Below are positions 7,432-16,006 of a stretch of 34,224 bases of DNA, piece after piece. The stretch is from positions 1 through 34,224 of the forward strand of contig JACQAF010000115.1 of the NCBI GenBank assembly GCA_016195145.1, given 5' to 3'. Within the stretch, counting starts at the first letter, position 1. Every line of letters starts with the position of its first letter. Source of the DNA: Rhodospirillales bacterium (lineage in GTDB: Bacteria; Pseudomonadota; Alphaproteobacteria; CACIAM-22H2). The notes beneath the pieces are model-generated. The model had not been told where the DNA came from, ran no database searches, and was given only the letters and a program-made list of their open reading frames with translations. The position numbers were made by a program, and so were the translations under genes.

Positions 7432-9948
7432 TCAGGCGTTGCGCAAGAGGGGGGCCGGCTTGTGGCCGAGCGCCCGCCAGGTACCCGCCAGCCCCACGGC
7501 GACGACCACGGCGACGGTGGCGAGGGCCGTGCCGGCGACGGTCAGGGGCAGGAACACGAAATCGATGTGCATATAGCGGGTCATCAACAGATAGGCCGCA
7601 ATGGAGCCGATCGCCGCGGCGACAGCGACGGCGGCCGCGCCAAGAAGCGCAAATTCGACCACCAGCGCGCCGAGAATCGCCCGCCGCCGCGCGCCGAGCA
7701 CCTTGAGGACGACCGCGTCGTAAATCCGCCGGCGCTGCGTGGCGATGATCGCCCCGGCCAGCACCAGCGTGCCGGCGACCAGCGTTACCGCTGCCGTCAC
7801 CCGCGCCGCCGCCGCAATGCCGGAAAGCATGGTCTCGACCGCGGCGAGCGCCGTCTTGACCCGGATCGACGAAACATTGGCGAAGCGTTCGGTCACCGCG
7901 CGCTCAACCGCGTCTTCGTGTTCGGGCGCCACCTCGGCCGTGGCAATGAAGGTGTGCGGCGCGCCTTCGAGCGTGCCGGGGGCGAAGATCAGGGTGAAAT
8001 TGATGCCGAGCGTCGTCCAGTCGATGGCGCGCAGATTGGCGATGCGCGCTTCGATCTCGCGGCCGAGGACATTGATGGTGATCGTATCGCCAAGGCCAAG
8101 GCCCATGCCCTTGGCGATATGGCCGTCGAACGAGACGAGGGGCGGGCCGCTGTAATCGGCCGGCCACCATTGGCCGGCGACGATGCGCGCGCCGGCCGGC
8201 AATTCGCTCGCATAGGTCAGCCCGCGATCGCTGCCGATCGCCCATTGCGCGTCGGGCGCGATGTTGGCCTGTTCGACCGGCACCCCGGCGATCCGGGCGA
8301 TCCGGCCGCGCAATGCCGGCACGCGCTTCACCTCGCCGACGCCGGGCAGGTCGCGCATCAGGGCATCGAACGCGGCTGTCTGGTCGGGCTGCAGGTCGAT
8401 GAAGAAGAACGAAGGGGCGATTTCGGGCAATTGCTCGCGAATCTGGCGGGCGAGATTGCCCTGAATAAGGGCGATCATCACCAGCACGGTAAGGCCGATG
8501 CCGAGCGAGAGGACGATGCCGGGGGTCGGGCTTCCCGGCCGGTGCATGTTGGCGAGCGCCAGGCGCATCGCCGGCATGCGGACATGGCTGGCGCTGCGGG
8601 CGAGGCGGGCGATGATCCACGCCGCGCCGCGGAACAGCGCGAAGGCGGCGAGCGTCCCGATGACGAAGGAAACGGCGAGCGGCCGGTCGGCGGCGGTGAC
8701 GACGGTCAGCGCGGCGAGACTGCCGGCGGCGGCGGCGGTGCCGGCGACGAAGGCGCCGCGCGGCCAGCGGCGGCTCGGGGCGACCAGGCTGCGGAACAGC
8801 GCGGCGGGCGGCACCTCGCGCGCCCGCGCCAGCGGCCAGAGCGAGAAGGTCAGCGCGGTCAGTAGGCCGAAGGCGCCGGCGATGGCCATTGGCAGCGGAT
8901 AGAATCCTACTTGCGCCGCAACCGGCAACTGGCTGGCGACCAACTTTCCGAAGACTATCGGCGCCAGGGCGCCGAGCGCCAATCCGGCGCCGATGCCGAG
9001 CGCCGCCATGACCATGATCTGGACAAGATAGACCTGCACCACCAGATGCCCCGGTGCGCCGAGGCATTTGAGCGTGGCGATGGTCGCGGTCTTGCCGTCG
9101 AGATAGCTCGCCACCGCGTTGGCGACGCCGACGCCGCCGACCAGCAGCGCGGTCAGGCCGACGAGCGTGAGATAGAGGCCGATGCGCTCGATCCAGCGTT
9201 GCACGCCGGGGGCAGCCTCGGACGGGCTGCGAATCCGCCAACCGGCGTCGGGGAAGCGGGTCTTCAGTCCGTCGATCCAGCCGGCCGGATCGATCCCGTC
9301 GGCTAGCATGATCCGGTACTGGTAGCGCACCAGGCTGCCGGGCTGGACAAGGCCGGTCGCCGGCAGGCCGCCGAGCGCGATCATCACGCGCGGGCCGAGG
9401 GTCAAGACATTGGCGCTGCGGTCGGGCTCGTTCTCGATCACGGCGCGGACGACGAAAGTCGCGTCGCCGATGGAAAGCCGGTCGCCGACGCCGATGCCGA
9501 GGCGATTGAGGGTCGTGCGCTCGGCGGCGGCCCCCGGCAGGCCGTCGCGACGCGCGAAAACGGCGGTAAGATCGGGGTTGCCGGCGAGACGCACGGCGCC
9601 GAGGAGCGGATATTCGCCGTCGACAGCCTTGAGTTCGATCAGCGTGCGCCGATCGTCGGTGCGGGCCATGGCCCGCATCTCGATGACGGTTGAAACGCGT
9701 CCGCTATCGTCGATGAACCGTTTCTGTTCGGCGGTCGCCGGACGATGGGTGAAGGACAGCTCGACATCGCCGCCGAGGAGTCGCTGCCCGTCGTTCTTCA
9801 GCGCCTCGTTGACGCCGGCGACGAGCGTGCCGACGCTGGCGATCGCCGCGACGCCCAGCGTCAGGCAGGCGAGGAAAACGCCAAATCCCTTCAGCCCGCC
9901 GCGCAGTTCGCGCCGCGCCAGCCGGATGGCGAGGGGCAGCGTCGTCAA
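7432..9948 (-). CDS. ybbP: ABC transporter permease with two FtsX-type domains (YbbP-like)
   Basis: 838 aa with a large duplicated FtsX-like permease architecture. The TTG start overlaps the stop of the upstream ATPase (TTGA at 9945-9948). The tesA / ybbA-ybbP divergent arrangement matches the E. coli locus. Confidence 0.85.
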   Translation of the reverse strand: MTTLPLAIRLARRELRGGLKGFGVFLACLTLGVAAIASVGTLVAGVNEALKNDGQRLLGGDVELSFTHRPATAEQKRFIDDSGRVSTVIEMRAMARTDDRRTLIELKAVDGEYPLLGAVRLAGNPDLTAVFARRDGLPGAAAERTTLNRLGIGVGDRLSIGDATFVVRAVIENEPDRSANVLTLGPRVMIALGGLPATGLVQPGSLVRYQYRIMLADGIDPAGWIDGLKTRFPDAGWRIRSPSEAAPGVQRWIERIGLYLTLVGLTALLVGGVGVANAVASYLDGKTATIATLKCLGAPGHLVVQVYLVQIMVMAALGIGAGLALGALAPIVFGKLVASQLPVAAQVGFYPLPMAIAGAFGLLTALTFSLWPLARAREVPPAALFRSLVAPSRRWPRGAFVAGTAAAAGSLAALTVVTAADRPLAVSFVIGTLAAFALFRGAAWIIARLARSASHVRMPAMRLALANMHRPGSPTPGIVLSLGIGLTVLVMIALIQGNLARQIREQLPEIAPSFFFIDLQPDQTAAFDALMRDLPGVGEVKRVPALRGRIARIAGVPVEQANIAPDAQWAIGSDRGLTYASELPAGARIVAGQWWPADYSGPPLVSFDGHIAKGMGLGLGDTITINVLGREIEARIANLRAIDWTTLGINFTLIFAPGTLEGAPHTFIATAEVAPEHEDAVERAVTERFANVSSIRVKTALAAVETMLSGIAAAARVTAAVTLVAGTLVLAGAIIATQRRRIYDAVVLKVLGARRRAILGALVVEFALLGAAAVAVAAAIGSIAAYLLMTRYMHIDFVFLPLTVAGTALATVAVVVAVGLAGTWRALGHKPAPLLRNA

Positions 9949-10685
9949 CGCCGCCCGCCGGCGGCCGCGGCAGGCGCGGCGGCCTCGAGAATCCGCCCAT
10001 CATGCATGCGCACGATACGGTCGCACCGGCGCGCCAGTTCGGCATCGTGTGTGATCAGCACCAGCGTCGATCGCCGGCGTTCGGCGAGGTCGAACATCAG
10101 GTCGATGATCGCCGCCCCCGTCGTCGTGTCGAGATTGCCGGTCGGCTCGTCGGCCAGCAGCAACGGCGGCTCCATGGCGAAGGCGCGGGCGAGCGCCACG
10201 CGCTGCTGTTCGCCGCCGGAAAGCTGCGCCGGATAATGGTCGAGACGGTGGTCGAGGCCGACTGCCGCGAGGCCGGCGCGGGCCCGTTCGAACGGCGCGT
10301 CGACGCCGGCGAATTCGAGCGGCACGGCGACATTTTCCAGCGCTGTCATTGCGGCGATGAGATGGAAGGATTGAAAGACGATGCCGATATGGGCGCGGCG
10401 GAACAACGCCAGGCCGTCTTCATCGAACCCGGCGAGATCGGCGCCCGCCACGCGCACGCGCCCGTCGGTCGGGCGCTCGAGGCCGGCGACGATCATCATC
10501 ATCGTCGATTTGCCCGACCCGGACGGCCCGATGACCGCGACCCGCTCGCCGCGCGCGACCCGTAGATCGACGCCGCGCAGAATATTGACCTCGCCGGCGG
10601 CGCTTGTCAGCTTAAGATGGATATTCGCAAGCTCGACGATGGATTCGGATTCGGTCACAGCTTGCTGCAGCGGGAAGGATGTCAT
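9945..10685 (-). CDS. ybbA: ABC transporter ATP-binding protein (YbbA-like)
   Basis: 246 aa. Walker A GPSGSGKST, signature LSGGEQQRV, Walker B LLLADEPTGNLD. Confidence 0.92.
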   Translation of the reverse strand: MTSFPLQQAVTESESIVELANIHLKLTSAAGEVNILRGVDLRVARGERVAVIGPSGSGKSTMMMIVAGLERPTDGRVRVAGADLAGFDEDGLALFRRAHIGIVFQSFHLIAAMTALENVAVPLEFAGVDAPFERARAGLAAVGLDHRLDHYPAQLSGGEQQRVALARAFAMEPPLLLADEPTGNLDTTTGAAIIDLMFDLAERRRSTLVLITHDAELARRCDRIVRMHDGRILEAAAPAAAAGGRR

Positions 10686-11400
10686 GCCGATTGCCAGATC
10701 TCCGGTGACGAAATTGCCAAGACTGCGCGGGATTGTAGATCACCGGCCCCCTCGGGGATATGGGGCGCGCACGGCGCTTGTCAATCTGCTGATTATATTC
10801 GCGTTCATTCTTGTGTTCCCTCGCATCGGCGCTGCGGCCGACGGTGCGCCGCGGCTGCTTATGCTGGGCGACAGCCTGACCGCCGGGTACGGGTTGTCCG
10901 CGCAACAGGCGTTGCCGGTGCGGCTTGACGCGGCGTTGCGCGCGGCGAGCGTGTCGGTCGAGGTGATCAATGCCGGCGTGTCGGGCGACACGACGGCCGG
11001 CGGCCTTTCACGGCTCGATTGGGTTGTCGGCTCGGCCAAGCCGCAATTCGCCATCGTGGCGCTGGGCGCCAATGACGGGTTGCGCGGGCTCGACCCGAGG
11101 GCGATGTTCGACAATCTCGACCGGATCGTCGGCAAATTGCAGGCGCAAGGGATCCGGGTTCTGCTTGCCGGAATGTATGCACCGCCCAATTTCGGGCGCG
11201 ATTACGCGGCCGAGTTCAACGGGGTTTTCCCGCGCCTTGCCGCCAAGCACAAGGTGCCGCTCTATCCGTTCCTGCTTGAAGGCGTTGCTACCCATCCGGC
11301 GCTCAACCAGGCGGATGGGATCCATCCGAATGCGGCGGGGGTTGAGACGATTGTCCGACGGTTGCTGCCGGAAGTGAAAAAACTTCTATCCGCCGAATAG
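10684..11400 (+). CDS. tesA: SGNH/GDSL arylesterase-thioesterase (TesA-like), secreted
   Basis: Within ORF 10381-11400. The first 101 codons are antisense to ybbA and look spurious. In-frame ATG 10684 gives a hydrophobic signal-like segment (LVNLLIIFAFILVFPRIGAAA), then GDSLTAGYG (block I), GANDG (block III) and DGIHPN (block V). The exact start is uncertain. Confidence 0.85.
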   Translation: MPIARSPVTKLPRLRGIVDHRPPRGYGARTALVNLLIIFAFILVFPRIGAAADGAPRLLMLGDSLTAGYGLSAQQALPVRLDAALRAASVSVEVINAGVSGDTTAGGLSRLDWVVGSAKPQFAIVALGANDGLRGLDPRAMFDNLDRIVGKLQAQGIRVLLAGMYAPPNFGRDYAAEFNGVFPRLAAKHKVPLYPFLLEGVATHPALNQADGIHPNAAGVETIVRRLLPEVKKLLSAE

Positions 11401-11436
11401 GCCGACGGGCCTCCGACGTTCAGTAATGCTATGCTT

Positions 11437-11475
11437 AAAAACACAAACGGCGGCTCGGGGATCGCCGAACCGCCG
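11437..11475 (-). terminator. Rho-independent terminator of the RRM gene (weaker in the + direction for tesA)
   Basis: Stem CGGCGGCTCGG (11448-11458) pairs with CCGAACCGCCG (11465-11475), 11 bp with one mismatch. On the minus strand it is followed by TTTGTGTTTTT (complement of 11437-11447). Confidence 0.7.
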
Positions 11476-11508
11476 CTGTTGTCTAAAACCGGCTAACCGG
11501 CAACCCGC

Positions 11509-11796
11509 TTAGTAGCGCGGGCCGCGGTTGAAACCGCCGCCGCCGCCGCCCGGGCCGCGCGGGCCGCGGTTGAAACCGCCGCCGCCGGGACCGCGGCCAC
11601 CGCCGCCACCGCCGCCGCCGCCCATCGGACGCACGCGCGCCTCGTTGACCGTTAGCGGGCGACCATTAAGCGGCGACCCGTTGAGCGCCTGCACCGCCTT
11701 GTCGGCTGCCTCGGCCGAATCGAACTCAACGAAGCCGAAACCGCGCGACTGGTTGGTGGCGCGACCACGATTGTCGCCCCGCGGGCGAACAACCAT
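11509..11796 (-). CDS. RRM-type RNA-binding protein fragment: RNP1 half plus Gly/Arg-rich tail; RNP2 (N-terminal) half missing
   Basis: 95 aa: MVVRPRGDNRGRATNQSRGFGFVEFDSAEAADKAVQALNGSPLNGRPLTVNEARVRP + GGGGGGGGRGPGGGGFNRGPRGPGGGGGGFNRGPRY. It contains RNP1 (RGFGFVEF), helix 2 and beta4. There is no LYVGNL-type RNP2, and an in-frame TAG lies immediately upstream of the ATG (11797-11799). Confidence 0.75.
   Translation of the reverse strand: MVVRPRGDNRGRATNQSRGFGFVEFDSAEAADKAVQALNGSPLNGRPLTVNEARVRPMGGGGGGGGGRGPGGGGFNRGPRGPGGGGGGFNRGPRY
11515..11586 (-). repeat. 30-nt perfect direct repeat with 42-nt period inside the Gly-rich tail
   Basis: GCGCGGGCCGCGGTTGAAACCGCCGCCGCC occurs at 11515-11544 and again at 11557-11586. 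Each copy encodes GGGGFNRGPR. Confidence 0.9.
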
Positions 11797-12241
11797 CTAG
11801 CATCGTCCATGGGTGTGGCAGGCGGCGGCTCCGCGCGCGCATCGAACGCACAACAACATCGCCCCGCTGAAAGCGGGGGCGAGCCTGTCCGTTAGAATTG
11901 TCGTGGGATATCCGACCATCAAACCCGAGCGCACAAGAACCCTGTCAGTGCAAAAATCCTTGCGCCGGACAACCAGCCCATCGAACGGTAGGGCTGGCGA
12001 TTACCGACCTGATAAGCAAGACACATTCGTCGCCGTTACTGATCGGCGATAAATTTAGTCCGTCGGGCGTACTGACCGGATATGAAATTTAAAGGCCGCC
12101 CGCTCTTACCGGTTTTCCAGATATAGTCCTGCGGGGGCGGGAATCCAAGTCAAATCCTGTTGTCATTATTTTCCTATATAATGATTTGGCCCGCCTCGGC
12201 AGTCGCTTGGCGGCGTTTCGCACGCTAAGATACGGCAAGTT

Positions 12242-13411
12242 ATGGTCGAATTACTACCCTCCGAGTTCGCGTTTGGCTACGCCACGGCGGCCCCCGGCGA
12301 TGTTGCCGCAGCGGGGGCAACCCTCGAGGAGGCCGAGTGGGGCCGTCTGACGATTGCGTGCGTCGAACGGCTTGGCCCGGCTGCCAGCCGGGCGACGCTA
12401 GGCTTTGTTTACGTGACCGATGCATTGGCCGCCAACCTGCCGGGAATCGTGATGCTGTTGCGTCAGACGACCGGGATCAAGGATTGGGTCGGCAGCGTCG
12501 GGGTCGGCATCGTCGCCGGCGACCAGGAATATTTCGATGCGCCGGCATTGGCCGTGATGACGGCGCGCCTGCCGGCGGCGGGCTACCGGCTGATGCCGCC
12601 CGTGAATGGGGACGTCGATGTCCTCGCCGATATGCCGCCCTGGGGCGAGCGCGCCCAGCCCGGGATCGGCGTCGTCCATGGCGACCCCCGCACCCCGCAT
12701 CTAACGGACCTGATCGACGGGCTGGCGCAGAAGACCGCGAGCTTTCTGGTCGGCGGGCTGACCTCCTCGCGCGGCGCTCTCGACCAGATCGCCGGTCAGG
12801 TCGTGCGCGGCGGCGTTTCCGGGGTTTTGCTTGGCCCGGACATCGCGGTTGCGACCGGGCTGTCGCAGGGATGCTCGCCAATCGGCCCGCCGCGCCGGAT
12901 CACGAGGGCGGAAGAGAACATCATCGCCGGAATCGACGACCGGCCGGCGCTCGACGCGTTCAAGGAAGATATCGGCGAGGTTCTCGCACGCCGCCTCGAA
13001 CGGGTCGCCGGCTATATTCATGTCGCCTTGCCGGTGTCGGGATCGGACACGGGCGATTATCTCGTACGCAACCTGATCGGCATCGACCCGGCGCGCGGCT
13101 GGCTGGCGATCGGCAGCCGGGTCGCGGTCGGCGATCCGATCATGTTCGTGCGCCGCGACCGCGCCGCGGCCGAGGAAGATCTGGTGCGCATGCTCGGCCG
13201 TCTGCGCGAGCGAACGCCGGGTCCGCCGAAGGCCGGGCTTTATTTCAGCTGCGTGGCGCGCGGGCCCAATCTGTTCGGCCCCGGTTCGGCCGAGCTCGCC
13301 ATTTTGCGCCGCGAGCTGGGCGAATTTCCGCTGGTCGGCATGTTCTGCAACGGCGAGATTTCCAACAACCGGCTTTACGGGTATACCGGGGTCCTCGCGC
13401 TCTTCGTCTGA
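12242..13411 (+). CDS. FIST (FIST_N + FIST_C) sensory domain protein, stand-alone
   Basis: 389 aa. The C-terminal LVGMFCNGEISNNRLYGYTGVLALF resembles the FIST_C signature (GfftyGEi). The overall length and pattern (LGFVYVTDALA..., SQGCSPIG) fit FIST proteins. No output domain is present. Confidence 0.8.
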   Translation: MVELLPSEFAFGYATAAPGDVAAAGATLEEAEWGRLTIACVERLGPAASRATLGFVYVTDALAANLPGIVMLLRQTTGIKDWVGSVGVGIVAGDQEYFDAPALAVMTARLPAAGYRLMPPVNGDVDVLADMPPWGERAQPGIGVVHGDPRTPHLTDLIDGLAQKTASFLVGGLTSSRGALDQIAGQVVRGGVSGVLLGPDIAVATGLSQGCSPIGPPRRITRAEENIIAGIDDRPALDAFKEDIGEVLARRLERVAGYIHVALPVSGSDTGDYLVRNLIGIDPARGWLAIGSRVAVGDPIMFVRRDRAAAEEDLVRMLGRLRERTPGPPKAGLYFSCVARGPNLFGPGSAELAILRRELGEFPLVGMFCNGEISNNRLYGYTGVLALFV

Positions 13412-13523
13412 GGCCGCCCGCCGGTCGTATTCCCTTATATTTCAGCGACAAGGTCCGCAACATCATGAGTACCGCCGCCTCGGCACGACTGATCTCGATG
13501 TCAGCTCGATTTGTCTCGGCACC

Positions 13524-14507
13524 ATGACCTGGGGCGAGCAGAACAGCGAGGCCGACGCCCATGCCCAGCTCGACCGCGCCCTCGAACTGGGGATCAATTT
13601 CATCGATGCGGCCGAGATGTATCCGGTGCCGCCGCGCGCCGAAACCTTCGGCCGGACCGAAGCCTTTATCGGCACTTGGTTCAAACAGCGCCCCGGCGCG
13701 CGCGACAAGGTGGCGCTGGCGACCAAGGTGACCGGGGCCAATAACCGGACGCCCCATGTCCGCGACGGCAAGGGCCGGCTCGACCGCAAGACGGTGGAGA
13801 TCGCGATCGAGGGATCGCTCAAGCGGCTGCAGACCGACCGCATCGATCTTTACCAGACCCATTCGCCTGATCGCCCGGTCAATGCTCTTGGCCGGTCGGA
13901 CTACGTTCACGATCCGGCGGCCGACGGCGCGCCGCTCGCCGAAACGCTCGATACGATCGACCGCCTGATCAAAGCCGGGAAGGTCCGTCATTTCGGCGTT
14001 TCCAACGAAACCCCGTGGGGGGTGATGAGCCAGCTCGCCCTTACTGCCACCGGCCGCGGTCCGCGCGTGCAGTCGATCCAGAACCCGTTCAGCCTGCTCA
14101 ACCGCAGCTTCGAGACGGCGCTCGCCGAGGTGGCATTGCGCGAGGGCTGCGGGCTGCTCGCCTATTCGCCGCTCGGCATGGGCGTGCTGGCCGGCAAGTA
14201 CCTCAACGGGGCGCGGCCGGCCGGCTGCCGCTTGACGCTCTTTGACCGCTTCCAGCGCTATTCGACCCCGCGCGCCGAGCCGGCGGCGGCGGCCTATGTG
14301 AAGATCGCCCGCGATCATGGCCTCGACCCGGCGCAGATGGCGCTCGCTTTCGTGACCACCCGGCCGTTCGTCACCGCGACGATCATCGGCTGCACCACGG
14401 TTGCTCAACTGGAGCAAAATGTCGGCTGCCTCGATATCCGGCTGTCGCCCGAGATTCTGGCCGCCATCGACGCCGTTCAGGCTGGGAACCCCAACCCCTG
14501 CCCCTAA
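13524..14507 (+). CDS. tas: Tas-like NADP(H)-dependent aldo/keto reductase; annotated from the first in-frame ATG, with the true N-terminus apparently frameshifted
   Basis: MTWGEQNSEADAHAQLDRALELGINFIDAAEMYPVPPRAETFGRTE... closely parallels E. coli Tas as I recall it (LGTMTFGEQNSEADAHAQLDYAVAQGINLIDVAEMYPVPPRPET). The in-frame upstream codons (13467-13523) still encode EYRRLGTTDLDVSSICLGT, but the only ATG (13465) is shifted by one base. Confidence 0.88.
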   Translation: MTWGEQNSEADAHAQLDRALELGINFIDAAEMYPVPPRAETFGRTEAFIGTWFKQRPGARDKVALATKVTGANNRTPHVRDGKGRLDRKTVEIAIEGSLKRLQTDRIDLYQTHSPDRPVNALGRSDYVHDPAADGAPLAETLDTIDRLIKAGKVRHFGVSNETPWGVMSQLALTATGRGPRVQSIQNPFSLLNRSFETALAEVALREGCGLLAYSPLGMGVLAGKYLNGARPAGCRLTLFDRFQRYSTPRAEPAAAAYVKIARDHGLDPAQMALAFVTTRPFVTATIIGCTTVAQLEQNVGCLDIRLSPEILAAIDAVQAGNPNPCP

Positions 14508-14594
14508 TTTGGTTAATTCAACCTAGCCCTTGTTAGCGGGGAAGGAATCGGTTATGCCGAATCGTCAACCAAGGGCGCGTCCCGAGGGGGCGTT

Positions 14595-15140
14595 ATGGTT
14601 CGCCTGTTTGTCGGCGTCGAATTGCCTGAGGACGTACGCATGCGCCTGGCGGCGTTATGCGCGGGCGTTCCGGGGGCCAAATGGGTGCCGGCGCAGAATC
14701 TGCATTTAACGCTGCGCTTCATCGGCGAGGTCCCGGAAGGCGAGGCGGAAGACATCGACCACGCGCTGTCGGCCGTCCGGCCGCCGCGCTTCGAGATCAA
14801 TCTCGCCGGGGTCAGCTATTTCGAAACCGCCGGGCAGGTCCGCGCCCTGTGGGCGGGGGTCGAGAAAAGCGCCGATTTGACCGCCCTGCACAAGCGGGTC
14901 GAATCGGCGCTGATCCGTATCGGGCTCGATCCCGAAGACCGCCGCTTCACCCCGCATATCACGCTCGCCCGGCTGCGCGACGCGCCGCTGTCGCGGGTCT
15001 CGGCGTTTCTCTCGCATCACGCCCTGTTCCGCGCCGGGCCGATCCCGGTCGACCATTTCACGCTCTATTCGAGCTATCTGCAAAGCTCGGGCGCCATTCA
15101 CACGCCCGAGGCGGAATATCCACTCGCCTACGCGTACTGA
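14595..15140 (+). CDS. thpR: RNA 2',3'-cyclic phosphodiesterase (2H phosphoesterase, ThpR/LigT)
   Basis: 181 aa. Two HxT/S motifs, HLTLRF and HITLAR, at the expected spacing. RBS GAGGGGG lies upstream. Confidence 0.88.
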   Translation: MVRLFVGVELPEDVRMRLAALCAGVPGAKWVPAQNLHLTLRFIGEVPEGEAEDIDHALSAVRPPRFEINLAGVSYFETAGQVRALWAGVEKSADLTALHKRVESALIRIGLDPEDRRFTPHITLARLRDAPLSRVSAFLSHHALFRAGPIPVDHFTLYSSYLQSSGAIHTPEAEYPLAYAY

Positions 15141-15154
15141 ACGGCGCGCCGGGA

Positions 15155-16006
15155 TCAGACCCCGAACCTGTCGAGGATGCGCGCGACGTCGCCGACATAA
15201 CTGCCGCCGAACAGGCGGACATGGACCAGCAGCGGGTAGAGGTTGTAGAGATCGCGGCGTTCCTCGAAAAACCCGGCACGGATCGGGCGATGGGCGGCGT
15301 AGCTCTGGAAAAACCGCTCGCCCGCGCTGCCGAACAGGGTGATGAAGGCGAGATCCATCTCCGCGTCGCCGAAATAGATCGCCGGATCGATCAGGCCGAC
15401 GATCCGGCCGCGATGGGCGAGGATGTTGCCGCCCCACAGATCGCCGTGCACCAGCGCCGGCGTCGTTCCGGCGGCGATCAGGCGGTCGAGCCGGCCGCCG
15501 AGCTTTTCAATCCGCGCCATCAGCCGAGCGGGTAATTGCCCGGCGTCGAGCGCCAGGCGCGCCATGGCGATCAGCCGCCGGTCGCGGAAAAACGCCAGCC
15601 ATGTCGGCGCCGGTATATTGGTCTGCGGTAAGCCGCCGATCACTGTGTCGCGCGCAAAGCCGAAGACATCGCCGGCGACGCCATGCAGCCCTGCGATGAT
15701 CTCGCCGAGATGCTCCTCGGCCGACCGGTCGAGCTCGCCGCCATGTTCGATATGGTCCATGACCAGCAGATCGTCAGCGGCGTAACGCACCGCCGGAACC
15801 GGGACCGGCGCGTGCGCCTTGAGCCAGTCGAGCATCCAGCCCTCGATCGCGAGATGGCGGCCGAGCTTGGCGACGAATGCGCCGCCGCCGGCAAGCTCGA
15901 TCCGCCAGGCATCGGCGATGCAGCCGCCGCCGAGCGACGCCGCTGCGGCGACGGGTGCGCCGAGCGCCGATTCGATCCGTGCCCGCGCCGCTGCCGGCAG
16001 GGTCAT
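15155..16006 (-). CDS. Fructosamine/ketosamine kinase family protein
   Basis: 283 aa. LVHGDLWGGNIL and the DPAIYFGDAEMDLA motifs are typical of Fructosamin_kin. The ATG overlaps the upstream LMW-PTP stop (ATGA, 16003-16006). Confidence 0.88.
   Translation of the reverse strand: MTLPAAARARIESALGAPVAAAASLGGGCIADAWRIELAGGGAFVAKLGRHLAIEGWMLDWLKAHAPVPVPAVRYAADDLLVMDHIEHGGELDRSAEEHLGEIIAGLHGVAGDVFGFARDTVIGGLPQTNIPAPTWLAFFRDRRLIAMARLALDAGQLPARLMARIEKLGGRLDRLIAAGTTPALVHGDLWGGNILAHRGRIVGLIDPAIYFGDAEMDLAFITLFGSAGERFFQSYAAHRPIRAGFFEERRDLYNLYPLLVHVRLFGGSYVGDVARILDRFGV

Noticed and set aside
10381-10683. 5' extension of the tesA-like ORF (101 extra codons)
   Set aside because: It is antisense to the Walker-A region of ybbA and has no SGNH or signal-peptide features. 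The in-frame ATG at 10684 gives a sensible signal peptide.
11528-11800. Poly-proline ORF (MKPPPPPPGPRGPRLKPPPP...) on the + strand
   Set aside because: It is the exact antisense of the Gly-rich tail and RRM core of the minus-strand gene, so it is an artefact of GGN/CCN complementarity.
11813-12092. + strand ORFs 11813-12052 and 11898-12092 in the long intergenic region
   Set aside because: They have no RBS and no recognisable motifs, and their composition is unlike neighbouring genes. The region is better explained as a leader or decayed RRM sequence on the other strand.
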